Part shown: positions 1 through 8,421 of the stretch, one piece after another
Layout of the letters: every line of letters starts with the position of its first letter
How positions within the stretch are numbered: the first letter of the stretch is position 1
From: an uncultured virus (IMG/VR IMGVR_UViG_3300028746_000001)
Taxonomy: Duplodnaviria > Heunggongvirae > Uroviricota > Caudoviricetes
Strand: one strand, 5' to 3'
Length of the DNA stretch: 30,272 nucleotides
Virus record (IMG/VR): IMGVR_UViG_3300028746_000001
Position numbers and translations under genes: made by a program
The notes under the pieces: generated by a model
Told to the model about the DNA's origin: nothing
Databases searched by the model: none
Seen by the model: only the letters and a program-made list of their open reading frames with translations

Positions 1-2
1 AC

Positions 3-374
3 TTCAATCAGAAGAAGCAACTGAAGGCCATCATCGAAGCCTTCGACCAGCCGAACCTGATTACCTACTCGTACACGCAAGCCGCGTACACGGGCAAGCT
101 GACGCCGCTCTGCCGCTCGCAGGGCTACGGCTTCAACGAAGCAACACAGTTCACGAACCCGATGCAAAGCGAATGGAAGTGGACCGGCAATAGCGGCATT
201 GCGAGCGCCGTGCTGGGCCAGCCCGATCCGAGTGGCGTGTATTCGCCGACCACGTCCGAGGGAACGCTGCTGATGTGCCTGACGACGACGGGTAAGGTGC
301 TGCCGGTGCGCAGCGAGCCGAACATCATCACGTTGCCGGTGCCGTACGAGCAACTCGACCGGACGGGGATGTAA
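3..374 (+). CDS. 5'-truncated phage hypothetical protein
   Basis: Open frame from the window edge (FNQKKQLKAIIE...GYGFNEATQFTNPMQ...QPDPSGVYSPTTSEGTLLMC) to TAA at 372-374; next ATG 2 nt later. Confidence 0.75.
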   Translation, partial: FNQKKQLKAIIEAFDQPNLITYSYTQAAYTGKLTPLCRSQGYGFNEATQFTNPMQSEWKWTGNSGIASAVLGQPDPSGVYSPTTSEGTLLMCLTTTGKVLPVRSEPNIITLPVPYEQLDRTGM

Positions 375-376
375 GG

Positions 377-1300
377 ATGCATCCGAACGTTAAAAGCCTC
401 ATTGGCAAAACGTTCGGGCGCTTGCTTGTCGTGGGCACTGCGCCGCGCCCGGAAGGATCGAAGGGGCGCGGCCAGCATTGGGAGTGCATCTGTGAGTGCC
501 TTGAGAGCGTCGTGGTGCGCTCCGATAGCTTGGTGCAAGGAAAGAGCACCTGCTGCGGATGCTCAAGCCCGCAGACGGCGCTGATGCGCTCCTACATTCG
601 CCCACGTCATCCGAAATCGACCGTATCCGTACACACTCATACAGCGTGTACGGAATCTAGCCATACAACACTTCTGAACATGACCGAAAAGAAAAGCGCG
701 TCTTCGGACACCGTAGCGGTGAAGCGCGAAGAACTCGAAGCTATGCGCAATACGCTTGCCAATGTAGGGCCGGGCACGCTGCTGAACGCCAACAATGGCG
801 TGAAGGGCGCGCTAGATCGCATCCTGAACGACGCGCCGAGGGCCAGCTACGCGAACGAGAACGACAAGCCGCGCACCGTGAAGGGCGAGACGCTGACTGA
901 GCAGGCGCTCCGCATCGCTTCCACGGGCTCGGTGACGATCACTGGCGATATCAAGCTGTCGGGCGATATCAAGGCGTGCAGTCAGGATGAGCAGCCCGCA
1001 CGCTATACCGGCCTGAGTTTCAAACCCGCCACCGTCGATCTGACTGAGCGCAAGCATTCGCACTACTTCAAAAAGTGCCCGTATGACGAGGTCGATATCT
1101 ACCGCATCCTCGAACTGTTCAATATCACTGACCAGAAGCTGGGCCACGCTATCAAAAAGCTGCTGGTGGCTGGCGGACGCGGCGCCGGGAAGGACATCGG
1201 AACGGACATTAAAGAGGCGATCGACACGCTGCAGCGCTGGCAGGAAATGCGCCACGAGGACGAAAACGCCGCGGTGCTGAGCGAGCGGGGCTGCGCATGA
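377..1300 (+). CDS. Hypothetical protein: N-terminal Cys-rich module of the type found in HNH/AP2 phage endonucleases, C-terminal DUF3310-like domain
   Basis: LIGKTFGRLLV...WECICEC...LVQGKSTCCGC at N-terminus; HSHYFK...DIYRILELF...GHAIKKLLVAGGRG..KD...DIKEAI at C-terminus; possible internal start at 680. Confidence 0.65.
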   Translation: MHPNVKSLIGKTFGRLLVVGTAPRPEGSKGRGQHWECICECLESVVVRSDSLVQGKSTCCGCSSPQTALMRSYIRPRHPKSTVSVHTHTACTESSHTTLLNMTEKKSASSDTVAVKREELEAMRNTLANVGPGTLLNANNGVKGALDRILNDAPRASYANENDKPRTVKGETLTEQALRIASTGSVTITGDIKLSGDIKACSQDEQPARYTGLSFKPATVDLTERKHSHYFKKCPYDEVDIYRILELFNITDQKLGHAIKKLLVAGGRGAGKDIGTDIKEAIDTLQRWQEMRHEDENAAVLSERGCA

Positions 1301-1383
1301 GCCATCTGTCGCCGGAAGTGTGCTGGACCCTCACCGTATTTTTTGGCTGGGCAGTGGGCTTTTATATGGGCCTCACGGCATGA
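1297..1383 (+). CDS. 28-aa hydrophobic peptide, not in ORF track
   Basis: MSHLSPEVCWTLTVFFGWAVGFYMGLTA; ATGA overlaps with both the upstream stop and the downstream start. Confidence 0.6.
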   Translation: MSHLSPEVCWTLTVFFGWAVGFYMGLTA

Positions 1384-2072
1384 TCCCGGTCCACCAGGAG
1401 AACACGCGCGGGCGCGACTTCGTCATTGGCGATCTGCACGGCTGTCCGGATGTGCTCTATCGCCGCATGGACGAGAAGAGGTTCGACCCGACGGTTGACC
1501 GCATCTTTGCGACCGGCGATCTGGTAGACCGCGGCCCCAACTCCGAGGGCGCGCTTGCGCTGCTCGATGAGCCGTGGTTCTTTTCCGTCATGGGCAACCA
1601 CGAGGACGCCGGCATTCTGTTCGCGACCGGCAAGCTTAGCGATACCGGCTGGTATGCGGGGATCGGCGGGGCATGGATGATTGGCAAGATGCCGCACGAG
1701 CGCATGGATTACGCGTTAATCATGACGTTCATGCCGATCGCCATGGAAGTGGAGATTGGCGGTGGCCGCCGCGTGGGCATCGTGCATGCCGACTGTCCGT
1801 TCGATGACTGGCAGAAGTTCCGGGATTCGCAGTTGCCTGACCCGAACCAGACGATTCTGCGTGCGGACGCCATTCGCGGCACGGCAATGTGGGCGCGCGG
1901 AAGGCATGAGCGGTCCGATATCAGCCCCGTGACGGGCATCCACGCGGTAATCGTGGGTCATACCCCTCAAGAGCGCGTCACGAGCCTTGGAAACGTCTAT
2001 TACGTGGACACGGGTTGCTACAAGACGGGCAAGCTGGCGATGAAGCAAATTAAAAAGCTGGTGGGCGCTTGA
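1380..2072 (+). CDS. Metallophosphoesterase, lambda NinI/PphA-like Ser/Thr protein phosphatase
   Basis: GDLHG, GDLVDRGP, GNHE, HAD, VGHTP, VDTG motifs; ATG at 1380 coupled to the upstream stop. Confidence 0.92.
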   Translation: MIPVHQENTRGRDFVIGDLHGCPDVLYRRMDEKRFDPTVDRIFATGDLVDRGPNSEGALALLDEPWFFSVMGNHEDAGILFATGKLSDTGWYAGIGGAWMIGKMPHERMDYALIMTFMPIAMEVEIGGGRRVGIVHADCPFDDWQKFRDSQLPDPNQTILRADAIRGTAMWARGRHERSDISPVTGIHAVIVGHTPQERVTSLGNVYYVDTGCYKTGKLAMKQIKKLVGA

Positions 2073-2113
2073 CTGCGGATTTTCTGCGCGTATAGTTCTG
2101 CGTTTGGCACAGA
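2069..2113 (+). promoter_or_regulatory. Sigma70-like promoter with downstream operator-like palindrome
   Basis: TTGACT(2069-2074)-16 nt-TATAGT(2091-2096), then TCTGC-gtttggc-ACAGA (2097-2113). Confidence 0.6.
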
Positions 2114-2246
2114 TCGAGTCAATTCATGAACCCGTTTCTGCTCTACCTGCACTGGTGCGTTTTGTTCTTCGACCCGCGCGAGCCTGAAATGCGCGGGCGG
2201 CATCCGGCTAGAGGCAGGACGGTTTATAACTTCAGAGTGAGAAAGA

Positions 2247-3542
2247 ATGTCAGGAAATTCAAAGTTGGACCGCGTGCTGAATGAAGTTCGCCTTCTGAAT
2301 GACGTGCAGTTCGCGGCGGTGATTGACGCCATCATGAAGGGCACGTTCGGCGTGCGAGCAACGTACGTTGAGAAGGTCGGAATAAATCTCGCGGCGTATG
2401 AGAACCGCACGAAGGACTACTCTTTCGACAGGTGCGGCTCGATAATCGCGGCGACGTTCCCGCTGGTTGACTTCATGCGCGACGTTGAGCAAATCGTTGC
2501 TGAGCATGTTGAACTGAATCGTCTCGACGGCGAGGTCCGTGCCGCGAACAAGCAATTCGCTGACGAAAATCAGCGTCTGAATACGCGTCTGAACAACGAA
2601 CGCGCGGCAAACCTCACGTGGGAAGAACGTTACAACGCCGTGAAGGGCAAGCGTGACTCGCTCGAATTGGACGTGAGGGCTGCGAACAATGCCGTGGTTG
2701 CCATCCGCGAGCGCGCCGCTGGCGTTGAGCAAGAGCGTATCGTTGAGCGCGCTGATATGAAGCAGCGCGTCACGGCGCTCCAAGCCGATCTTGACGAGGC
2801 CGTTGAGCAAATAAAGGCGCTGACGCTCCGCAATGAAACGCAGAGCGAGAGCATTGGGCGCTATCAGGAAGAGAACGAGAGGCTGGCGCTCAACGTCAAG
2901 AGCCTGATGAATGCACTCGCTGCGCATCCGGACACGCAAGCCGCAACACGTGAGCGCCAACTGCGCGATCGCATTGAAAACCAGCGCACTTCCATCATTG
3001 AATTCCATCGCGAGCAGTCTGCATGGCGCATCACGGACGAATACAATAAGAAACTGTGCGCCGCGAACGAGCAGTACGTTCGCGATCTGGCGGTAGCCGA
3101 GAAGCGCATCAATCAACTGGAAGCCGAGCGCGCACAACTGCCGCCTGATTTTCACGTTCTGGCTGCGGGCGACACCGTTGCACTGAAGGGCATGCGCCAC
3201 GCGCCTAAGATGACGGTGACGAACATCGGCGACCTCGTGCAGTGCGCATTTTGGAACCGCGATAACTCGTGCTTCGAATGGGCCAACTTCGCAGAGGGCG
3301 CTCTGAGCTACTTCGCTCCAGAAACGCCGAGCGATGCTAAGTCCGAGAGCGCTCCGATTGTCCAAGTCGGCACGCCCGGCAACATGGAACTACGCCCGCT
3401 CACGGTGAGCAAAGAGACGCTCGCGACGGCGATTAAGAACGGTCGCCAAATGATCTTCGGAAAGACGAAGGACTTCGACACGTTGCGCGCCTGCTTTGAC
3501 GTGATTGCTGATGAGGTATCGGCTCACGTGGCAATCGGATAG
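2247..3542 (+). CDS. Long coiled-coil protein with a YodC/DUF2158-like domain near the C-terminus
   Basis: Heptad-rich E/Q/R/A middle; GDTVALKG...PKMTV...VQCAFW...F.EGAL motif. Confidence 0.75.
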   Translation: MSGNSKLDRVLNEVRLLNDVQFAAVIDAIMKGTFGVRATYVEKVGINLAAYENRTKDYSFDRCGSIIAATFPLVDFMRDVEQIVAEHVELNRLDGEVRAANKQFADENQRLNTRLNNERAANLTWEERYNAVKGKRDSLELDVRAANNAVVAIRERAAGVEQERIVERADMKQRVTALQADLDEAVEQIKALTLRNETQSESIGRYQEENERLALNVKSLMNALAAHPDTQAATRERQLRDRIENQRTSIIEFHREQSAWRITDEYNKKLCAANEQYVRDLAVAEKRINQLEAERAQLPPDFHVLAAGDTVALKGMRHAPKMTVTNIGDLVQCAFWNRDNSCFEWANFAEGALSYFAPETPSDAKSESAPIVQVGTPGNMELRPLTVSKETLATAIKNGRQMIFGKTKDFDTLRACFDVIADEVSAHVAIG

Positions 3543-3573
3543 TTATCTAGCAGCTACCAATCAGGTAACCAAG

Positions 3574-3598
3574 GCCCCGGCAACCCCGGGGCTTTTTT
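3574..3598 (+). terminator. Rho-independent terminator
   Basis: GCCCCGG-caacc-CCGGGGC followed by TTTTTT. Confidence 0.85.
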
Positions 3599-3616
3599 CA
3601 TTGCTGTACCGCGTGA

Positions 3617-3631
3617 TCGTGACGCCATGCT
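3617..3631 (+). promoter_or_regulatory. Putative phage late-promoter motif, copy 1
   Basis: TCGTGAC-GCC-A-TG-CT just after a terminator and upstream of ATG 3655. Confidence 0.6.
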
Positions 3632-3654
3632 TCCCATATTCAAATGGGGTGCTC

Positions 3655-6600
3655 ATGAACGACATTCACGCACGGCAGCCCGTCCTTCTTTTCATGAAGG
3701 CGGTGACGAAGAAACAGGTCTGGATTCCGGGCTTCACGAAGCGCAACGGGCAGGTGGTGCAAGGCCACTACGCCATGGTCAATGTCTCGACCGACCACGA
3801 CGAGCATAAGGCCGTCTCAGGGCAGGGCAACTACACCGAAAAGGAAGCGCATAAGAAGCTGTCCAAAAAGGACTGGTTCAATGCGATGCCACACGATCAC
3901 AAGGTGGCTCACGTCCTGAAGGAGGCGACGGCGATCCAGAGCCAGGCATCGATGCTCTCGCGCGCCAACTCGCTGAAAAAGAAACTCCTCGCCGGCGAGA
4001 AGCCGACGCCTGGCGAATGGAAGGCGTTCGATTCGCTGCCGGTCGCTAAGCAGGCTCAGTTTGAGGCGGAATTCAAGGCGGCAGGAAAGGAGGAGGCGTT
4101 CGGTCAGCAGTGGTTCGACTGGCAGGCAGCCAATCCGAAGCAGCAGCAAGCCCCGCAGCAGGCTCCCGCCGAGCCGCCGAAGGTAGTTGCGGCCAAAGAG
4201 GAGCCGGAGGTCGCAGAGACCGTTCCTGAGCCCAAGGATGAACCCACGCCTGAGTCGAAGCCGGAACCCGAGGGGCAGACCGGCAAGGATCTCGGAGCGT
4301 CGAACGATGCAAAGGCTGCGGTTATCGACAAGATCGAAGCCGCAAAGGCAAAGCTGCCCGCCGACCATCACATCACGCCCGGCCAGAAAAAGAAGCTGGA
4401 CGGGATTGCGCACGCGCTGATTACGGGCGATGAAAAGTCGATCCTGAATCACGGCTATCCGACGCACACGTACGGCAAGCAGGCCGCGAAGCTCGCGAAC
4501 GAAGCGCTGGCCGCCATGGGCTCTAAGCACACGGTGACGCCGGGCCAGAAAATGGGCGGCCACGCCGCGCTGACAGGTGAGGGTGTTCCTGCTGCTGAGA
4601 CCAAGCCCCAACCCGCTGCTGAGCCGCAAAAGGTGGTTGCCGCTTCCGCAGAGGCTAAGCCTGCTGAAAATCCTGACGCACCGAAGGCCAAGGGAGCCGC
4701 GCCTGCCATTCCTGATGACCTTGATCCCGCCTACAAGCAGGCGGCAAAGGCCGTCGCGGAGTGGGCTGAAAGCGGCCTCCTCGAAGAACTGAAAAAGATG
4801 GCGACGCTTGCCGGTGCCGATGGCGAAATGGCGAAGCTGAAGGACTATGCCGCCGCGCTGTACGAGTGGAAGACTGGCGAAAAGGCGAAGGGCGAAACGC
4901 CGATGCCTGCGCACCAGGGCGTAGATGCGGGGCTGAAGGAAGACGCCGATAAGGCGCTCGAAGAGGGTGACCTGCAAACGCTGAAGGACATCCACGCCTA
5001 CACGACGAAGGAAGGCATGGGCCCGACGGCTGACTATGCCGCGAAGCACATCGCGACGCTCGAAGCCAAGGTCGCCGAATCCGTGAAGCCGACTGAGCCC
5101 GGCGCGAAGCCCGTAAAGCCGCAACTCTCCTCGATTACATCCTCGCAGATTGCGGACAAGATCGAGAAGGAACTGAACGCGGGCAACCTCCAGGGGCTGA
5201 TGGACCAAGCGACGATGATTGGCGCGGGGCAACCCGCCGCGACCAACTTCGGAAAGCTGGAGAAGTACGCAGCCGAGGCGATCGCGCATCTCGAAGGAAA
5301 GGCCGCGCCAGCGGCTGCCGTCCCGATGGTGAAGAAAAACGTCACGCAGCATCTCTATCACAACACCGAAGAGGGGCATAACAAGTTTTGGGGCGTCTCT
5401 GTAGTCGGCAATGCAATGCGCGTGCACTACGGGAAGATCGGCTCGAAGGGCTCGGTTAGCACGAAGGAATTCAGCACGGAACTGGCTGCCTACCAAGCGC
5501 AGTCGAAGCTGATTGCCGAGAAGCAGAATAACGGCTATGTCCACCAAAACTCGGACACGATCACCGTTGAGGTTCCGGATAAGGCAGCCGCCGCGGCGAC
5601 TGGGCCCAAGGAAGGCGACACGAAGCGCGGCGCTGACGGCATGCTCGTGCTGAAGAACGGGCACTGGGTGAAGGTGGGCGGTGACGAGCCTGCCGCGAAG
5701 ACTGGGCCCGAAGCAGCGAAGATCGTCGCTGGCCTGAAGGTGCCAAAGATTACCGGTAAGAATTCGGTCAAGCTGAAGAACCACATCAAAAACATGAACC
5801 TCGTCGCGGCCACACAGGGCGCAGAGGGCCTCAGTAAGGTTTTGTCGATCACGCCGGAAGGCAAGGTCAAATATAACGGGCTTATTGCCCTGAGTCCGAC
5901 TGAGCAGGCGCACGGCCCGGCAGCGCTCGCATTCGCGCAATACGGCAAGCAACTGCACGACGCCGTGATTGGCGCTGGCGCAGTGGGCAGTGGCGAGTCT
6001 GCTGCGCCCAAGGCCGTACCCAAGGCTCAGAAGGTCATGGGAACGGCTCAGCCGGCCGCTACGGAGTCCGTGGATGACTGGACGCAGGTAGGTCCGCAGG
6101 GCGGCTATAACCCGGGCGGCACGTACACCGATAAGAGCGGCCAGAAGTGGTATGTCAAGTTCCCGGCCGGTGGCGAGAAGGTCGCGAAGAACGAACTGGT
6201 GGCAACGAAGCTGTATGCGCTGGCTGGCGTCGAAGTGCCGGAAGTGAAACTCATCAACCAGGGCGGCAAGATCGGCCTCGCGTCGAAGATCGTTGACGGC
6301 GCGGTGGCGAACAAGTCAGCTCTCCTGGAGGGCAAAGCGAAAGGGCTGTTGTCCGGCTTCGGCGCTGACGCATGGCTGGCGAACTGGGACACGGTCGGTA
6401 ACAACCCGGCTGCAGGCAAGGGCTTCGACAACATCCTGTTCAAGCAGGATGGCTCGGCTGTGCGCATCGATGCAGGCGGTGCGCTGCTGTACGGCGGTGC
6501 GGGCGGCAAGAAGCAGAAGTTCGAAGACGACGTTATCGAACTGAAGACGATGCTCGACCCGTCGAAGAACGCCAACACGGCCGCAGTGTTCGGGAAAATG

Positions 6601-7884
6601 AGCGCCGCGGACATCGCGGCATCTGTGGCGAAGATCGCCGACATCCCCGACCATGAAATCGAAGGCGTGGTAATGGAGTTCGGCCCGGGCTCGGAAAGCG
6701 AGAAGACGCGCCTCGCCGAAAAGCTGATCGCCCGCAAGCACAACATGAGCGAGCAGTATCCGAACGCCGCGAAGCCGAAGAAAGGTTCGGCTGCCGCTGC
6801 GAAGGTGAAGCCGAACCCGGCCGCGCTGACGGTGGACGCATCGCTGCTGCCGAGCCCGCACGATTACATGAACTGGCAGGGCACGGGCAAGCCGATCAGC
6901 GAGAAGGCATACGTCAAGGGCAACATCGCCGACGAGCAGGAACTGCTGAATATCGCCAAGTCGGGCAACCTGACGGCGCTGAAGGCGTACAAATTCCAGC
7001 CTGTCGATAAGATGACTGGTGAGGCCATCGGCGAAAAGAAGTCGATTGACGAGCACCCGTCGAAGTACGTGCAGGACTACCACACGAATCTGGTGTCGTA
7101 CCTGGACATGATCGCGAACCCGCCAGAGGCATTGCGGCCGTTCGAGACAAAGTCGGCGAGCACACTGGCGTCGCTGTCTGCCGCGTTTAAGCCGCATGAC
7201 TTCGGCAAGACCACGGAGATGGCCCCGAAGAACCAGCAGCTTGGGTTCTGGATCGCGCTGGGCGTGGCCGATTCGCCCGCGAAGTTCATTCCGGCCGTCA
7301 AAAAGCTGTCCTCTGCGGCCATCGCGGCGGCTCAGGCAGCGCACAGTAAGCTGCCGTCTAGCGTCAAGTCGTTCATTTCCGGCGTGCAGGGTTCGGGTTC
7401 GTATAACAACCCGTACCGCGATGGCAAGGAAACCGACCACGGCGGCAACAAGACGCGCGAAGTGCTGACAGACCTGTACAAAAACGCGGCGCCGCAGGAA
7501 GCGGGCACGACGATCAGCAAGTGGATTAGCTTCGCGCCGGAAATGGTCAAGCAATTCATGGACGCGCCGGAAGGGCTGGTTTTTCAGAACCCGGGCTCGA
7601 TGTGTACCTCGTACCATGACACGGCGACCAAGCACTTCGGCAAGGACCGCATCACCATTCGCTACGCCGAAGGCGCGAAGGCCCTGAATTCGTTCGCATC
7701 CGGAAGTTTTAAGAGCGAAATGGAAGTAACCACTTTACCGGGCGCGCGTTTCATGGTTATGTCACGTAAAATGGTCGCTGACGTGGAGCACGGGAATTCC
7801 AACGGGCAGCGCTTCGAACTCGAACTGCTGATGTTGCCGCCCGACCCGACCTATGTTGATAACCTGATGAAGAAAAAGGCGTAA
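3655..7884 (+). CDS. 1409-aa multidomain protein: N-terminal tag, helical repeats, WGR domain, PI3/4K/HipA-like kinase domain, C-terminal VIP2/Alt-like ADP-ribosyltransferase
   Basis: Start reassigned to ATG 3655 (GGGGT RBS; the ORF-track start spans a terminator). WGR: HNKFWGV...VHYGKIGSKG...KQNNGY (about 5347-5541). Kinase: WYVKF, NELVA, DAWLANWD, DNIL, RIDAGG (about 6064-6740). ART: SMCTS (CTS 7603-7611) and SEMEVTTLPGARF (ExE at 7717-7725). Confidence 0.8.
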   Translation: MNDIHARQPVLLFMKAVTKKQVWIPGFTKRNGQVVQGHYAMVNVSTDHDEHKAVSGQGNYTEKEAHKKLSKKDWFNAMPHDHKVAHVLKEATAIQSQASMLSRANSLKKKLLAGEKPTPGEWKAFDSLPVAKQAQFEAEFKAAGKEEAFGQQWFDWQAANPKQQQAPQQAPAEPPKVVAAKEEPEVAETVPEPKDEPTPESKPEPEGQTGKDLGASNDAKAAVIDKIEAAKAKLPADHHITPGQKKKLDGIAHALITGDEKSILNHGYPTHTYGKQAAKLANEALAAMGSKHTVTPGQKMGGHAALTGEGVPAAETKPQPAAEPQKVVAASAEAKPAENPDAPKAKGAAPAIPDDLDPAYKQAAKAVAEWAESGLLEELKKMATLAGADGEMAKLKDYAAALYEWKTGEKAKGETPMPAHQGVDAGLKEDADKALEEGDLQTLKDIHAYTTKEGMGPTADYAAKHIATLEAKVAESVKPTEPGAKPVKPQLSSITSSQIADKIEKELNAGNLQGLMDQATMIGAGQPAATNFGKLEKYAAEAIAHLEGKAAPAAAVPMVKKNVTQHLYHNTEEGHNKFWGVSVVGNAMRVHYGKIGSKGSVSTKEFSTELAAYQAQSKLIAEKQNNGYVHQNSDTITVEVPDKAAAAATGPKEGDTKRGADGMLVLKNGHWVKVGGDEPAAKTGPEAAKIVAGLKVPKITGKNSVKLKNHIKNMNLVAATQGAEGLSKVLSITPEGKVKYNGLIALSPTEQAHGPAALAFAQYGKQLHDAVIGAGAVGSGESAAPKAVPKAQKVMGTAQPAATESVDDWTQVGPQGGYNPGGTYTDKSGQKWYVKFPAGGEKVAKNELVATKLYALAGVEVPEVKLINQGGKIGLASKIVDGAVANKSALLEGKAKGLLSGFGADAWLANWDTVGNNPAAGKGFDNILFKQDGSAVRIDAGGALLYGGAGGKKQKFEDDVIELKTMLDPSKNANTAAVFGKMSAADIAASVAKIADIPDHEIEGVVMEFGPGSESEKTRLAEKLIARKHNMSEQYPNAAKPKKGSAAAAKVKPNPAALTVDASLLPSPHDYMNWQGTGKPISEKAYVKGNIADEQELLNIAKSGNLTALKAYKFQPVDKMTGEAIGEKKSIDEHPSKYVQDYHTNLVSYLDMIANPPEALRPFETKSASTLASLSAAFKPHDFGKTTEMAPKNQQLGFWIALGVADSPAKFIPAVKKLSSAAIAAAQAAHSKLPSSVKSFISGVQGSGSYNNPYRDGKETDHGGNKTREVLTDLYKNAAPQEAGTTISKWISFAPEMVKQFMDAPEGLVFQNPGSMCTSYHDTATKHFGKDRITIRYAEGAKALNSFASGSFKSEMEVTTLPGARFMVMSRKMVADVEHGNSNGQRFELELLMLPPDPTYVDNLMKKKA

Positions 7885-7886
7885 TC

Positions 7887-8363
7887 ATGAGCGAAACCAA
7901 ACAATTCCCCGACGCGGGGCTCTACCTCGATGACCTGATTGCTACCGGCAAGCCATCGCTGGGAGACCTGCACGTGGTTTCGTGGCTGGTGCGCCACTTC
8001 GCGCAGGCGGTCCTCATCAAGAGGGCGGCCTTTCACGCTGGCGAGGATGGCGCGCATGACCCGCTCCCGGCGATCGAGACCGAGGCCCGGCAGATGGCCG
8101 TCGCGTTTCAGGGGCACGACGATCGCTTCGATGCGCAGCCGTGGAACACGCCAGCGCGCATCGGCAACCTGTTCCGCGTGCTGTGCCCCGACGAGACCCG
8201 CCAGTACGGCGACCCGGTGCAGGGCTTTTTCATGTGGATCGCCGGGCAGCTTCTGGCGATGACGATGGCGATTGAGAGCGGCGAGCCGGAAGCGGACATC
8301 AAGCCTAAGATTGACGCCATGCTTGACGACGCAACGCAGCGCCTGCTGGGCGTCAAATACTGA
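7887..8363 (+). CDS. 158-aa acidic helical hypothetical protein, candidate inhibitor or chaperone of the upstream protein
   Basis: Starts 2 nt after the stop of the ART-domain gene; no recognisable catalytic motif; role inferred from position. Confidence 0.7.
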   Translation: MSETKQFPDAGLYLDDLIATGKPSLGDLHVVSWLVRHFAQAVLIKRAAFHAGEDGAHDPLPAIETEARQMAVAFQGHDDRFDAQPWNTPARIGNLFRVLCPDETRQYGDPVQGFFMWIAGQLLAMTMAIESGEPEADIKPKIDAMLDDATQRLLGVKY

Positions 8364-8378
8364 GGTTTCTAAAGGGGA

Positions 8379-8393
8379 TCGTGACGCGAGACT
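8379..8393 (+). promoter_or_regulatory. Putative phage late-promoter motif, copy 2
   Basis: TCGTGAC-GCG-A-GA-CT; ATCGTGACGC (8378-8387) is the exact reverse complement of GCGTCACGAT (8414-8423), which overlaps the ATG. Confidence 0.65.
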
Positions 8394-8421
8394 GGGTCAA
8401 ACCAGTCGATAAGGCGTCACG

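Noticed and set aside
2114..2246. Leader before the coiled-coil gene as a tRNA or riboswitch
   Set aside because: No cloverleaf, T-loop or known aptamer consensus recognisable by eye
3505..3654. ORF-track N-terminal extension of the giant protein
   Set aside because: Overlaps the upstream gene and spans a terminator and the promoter motif; ATG 3655 has an RBS
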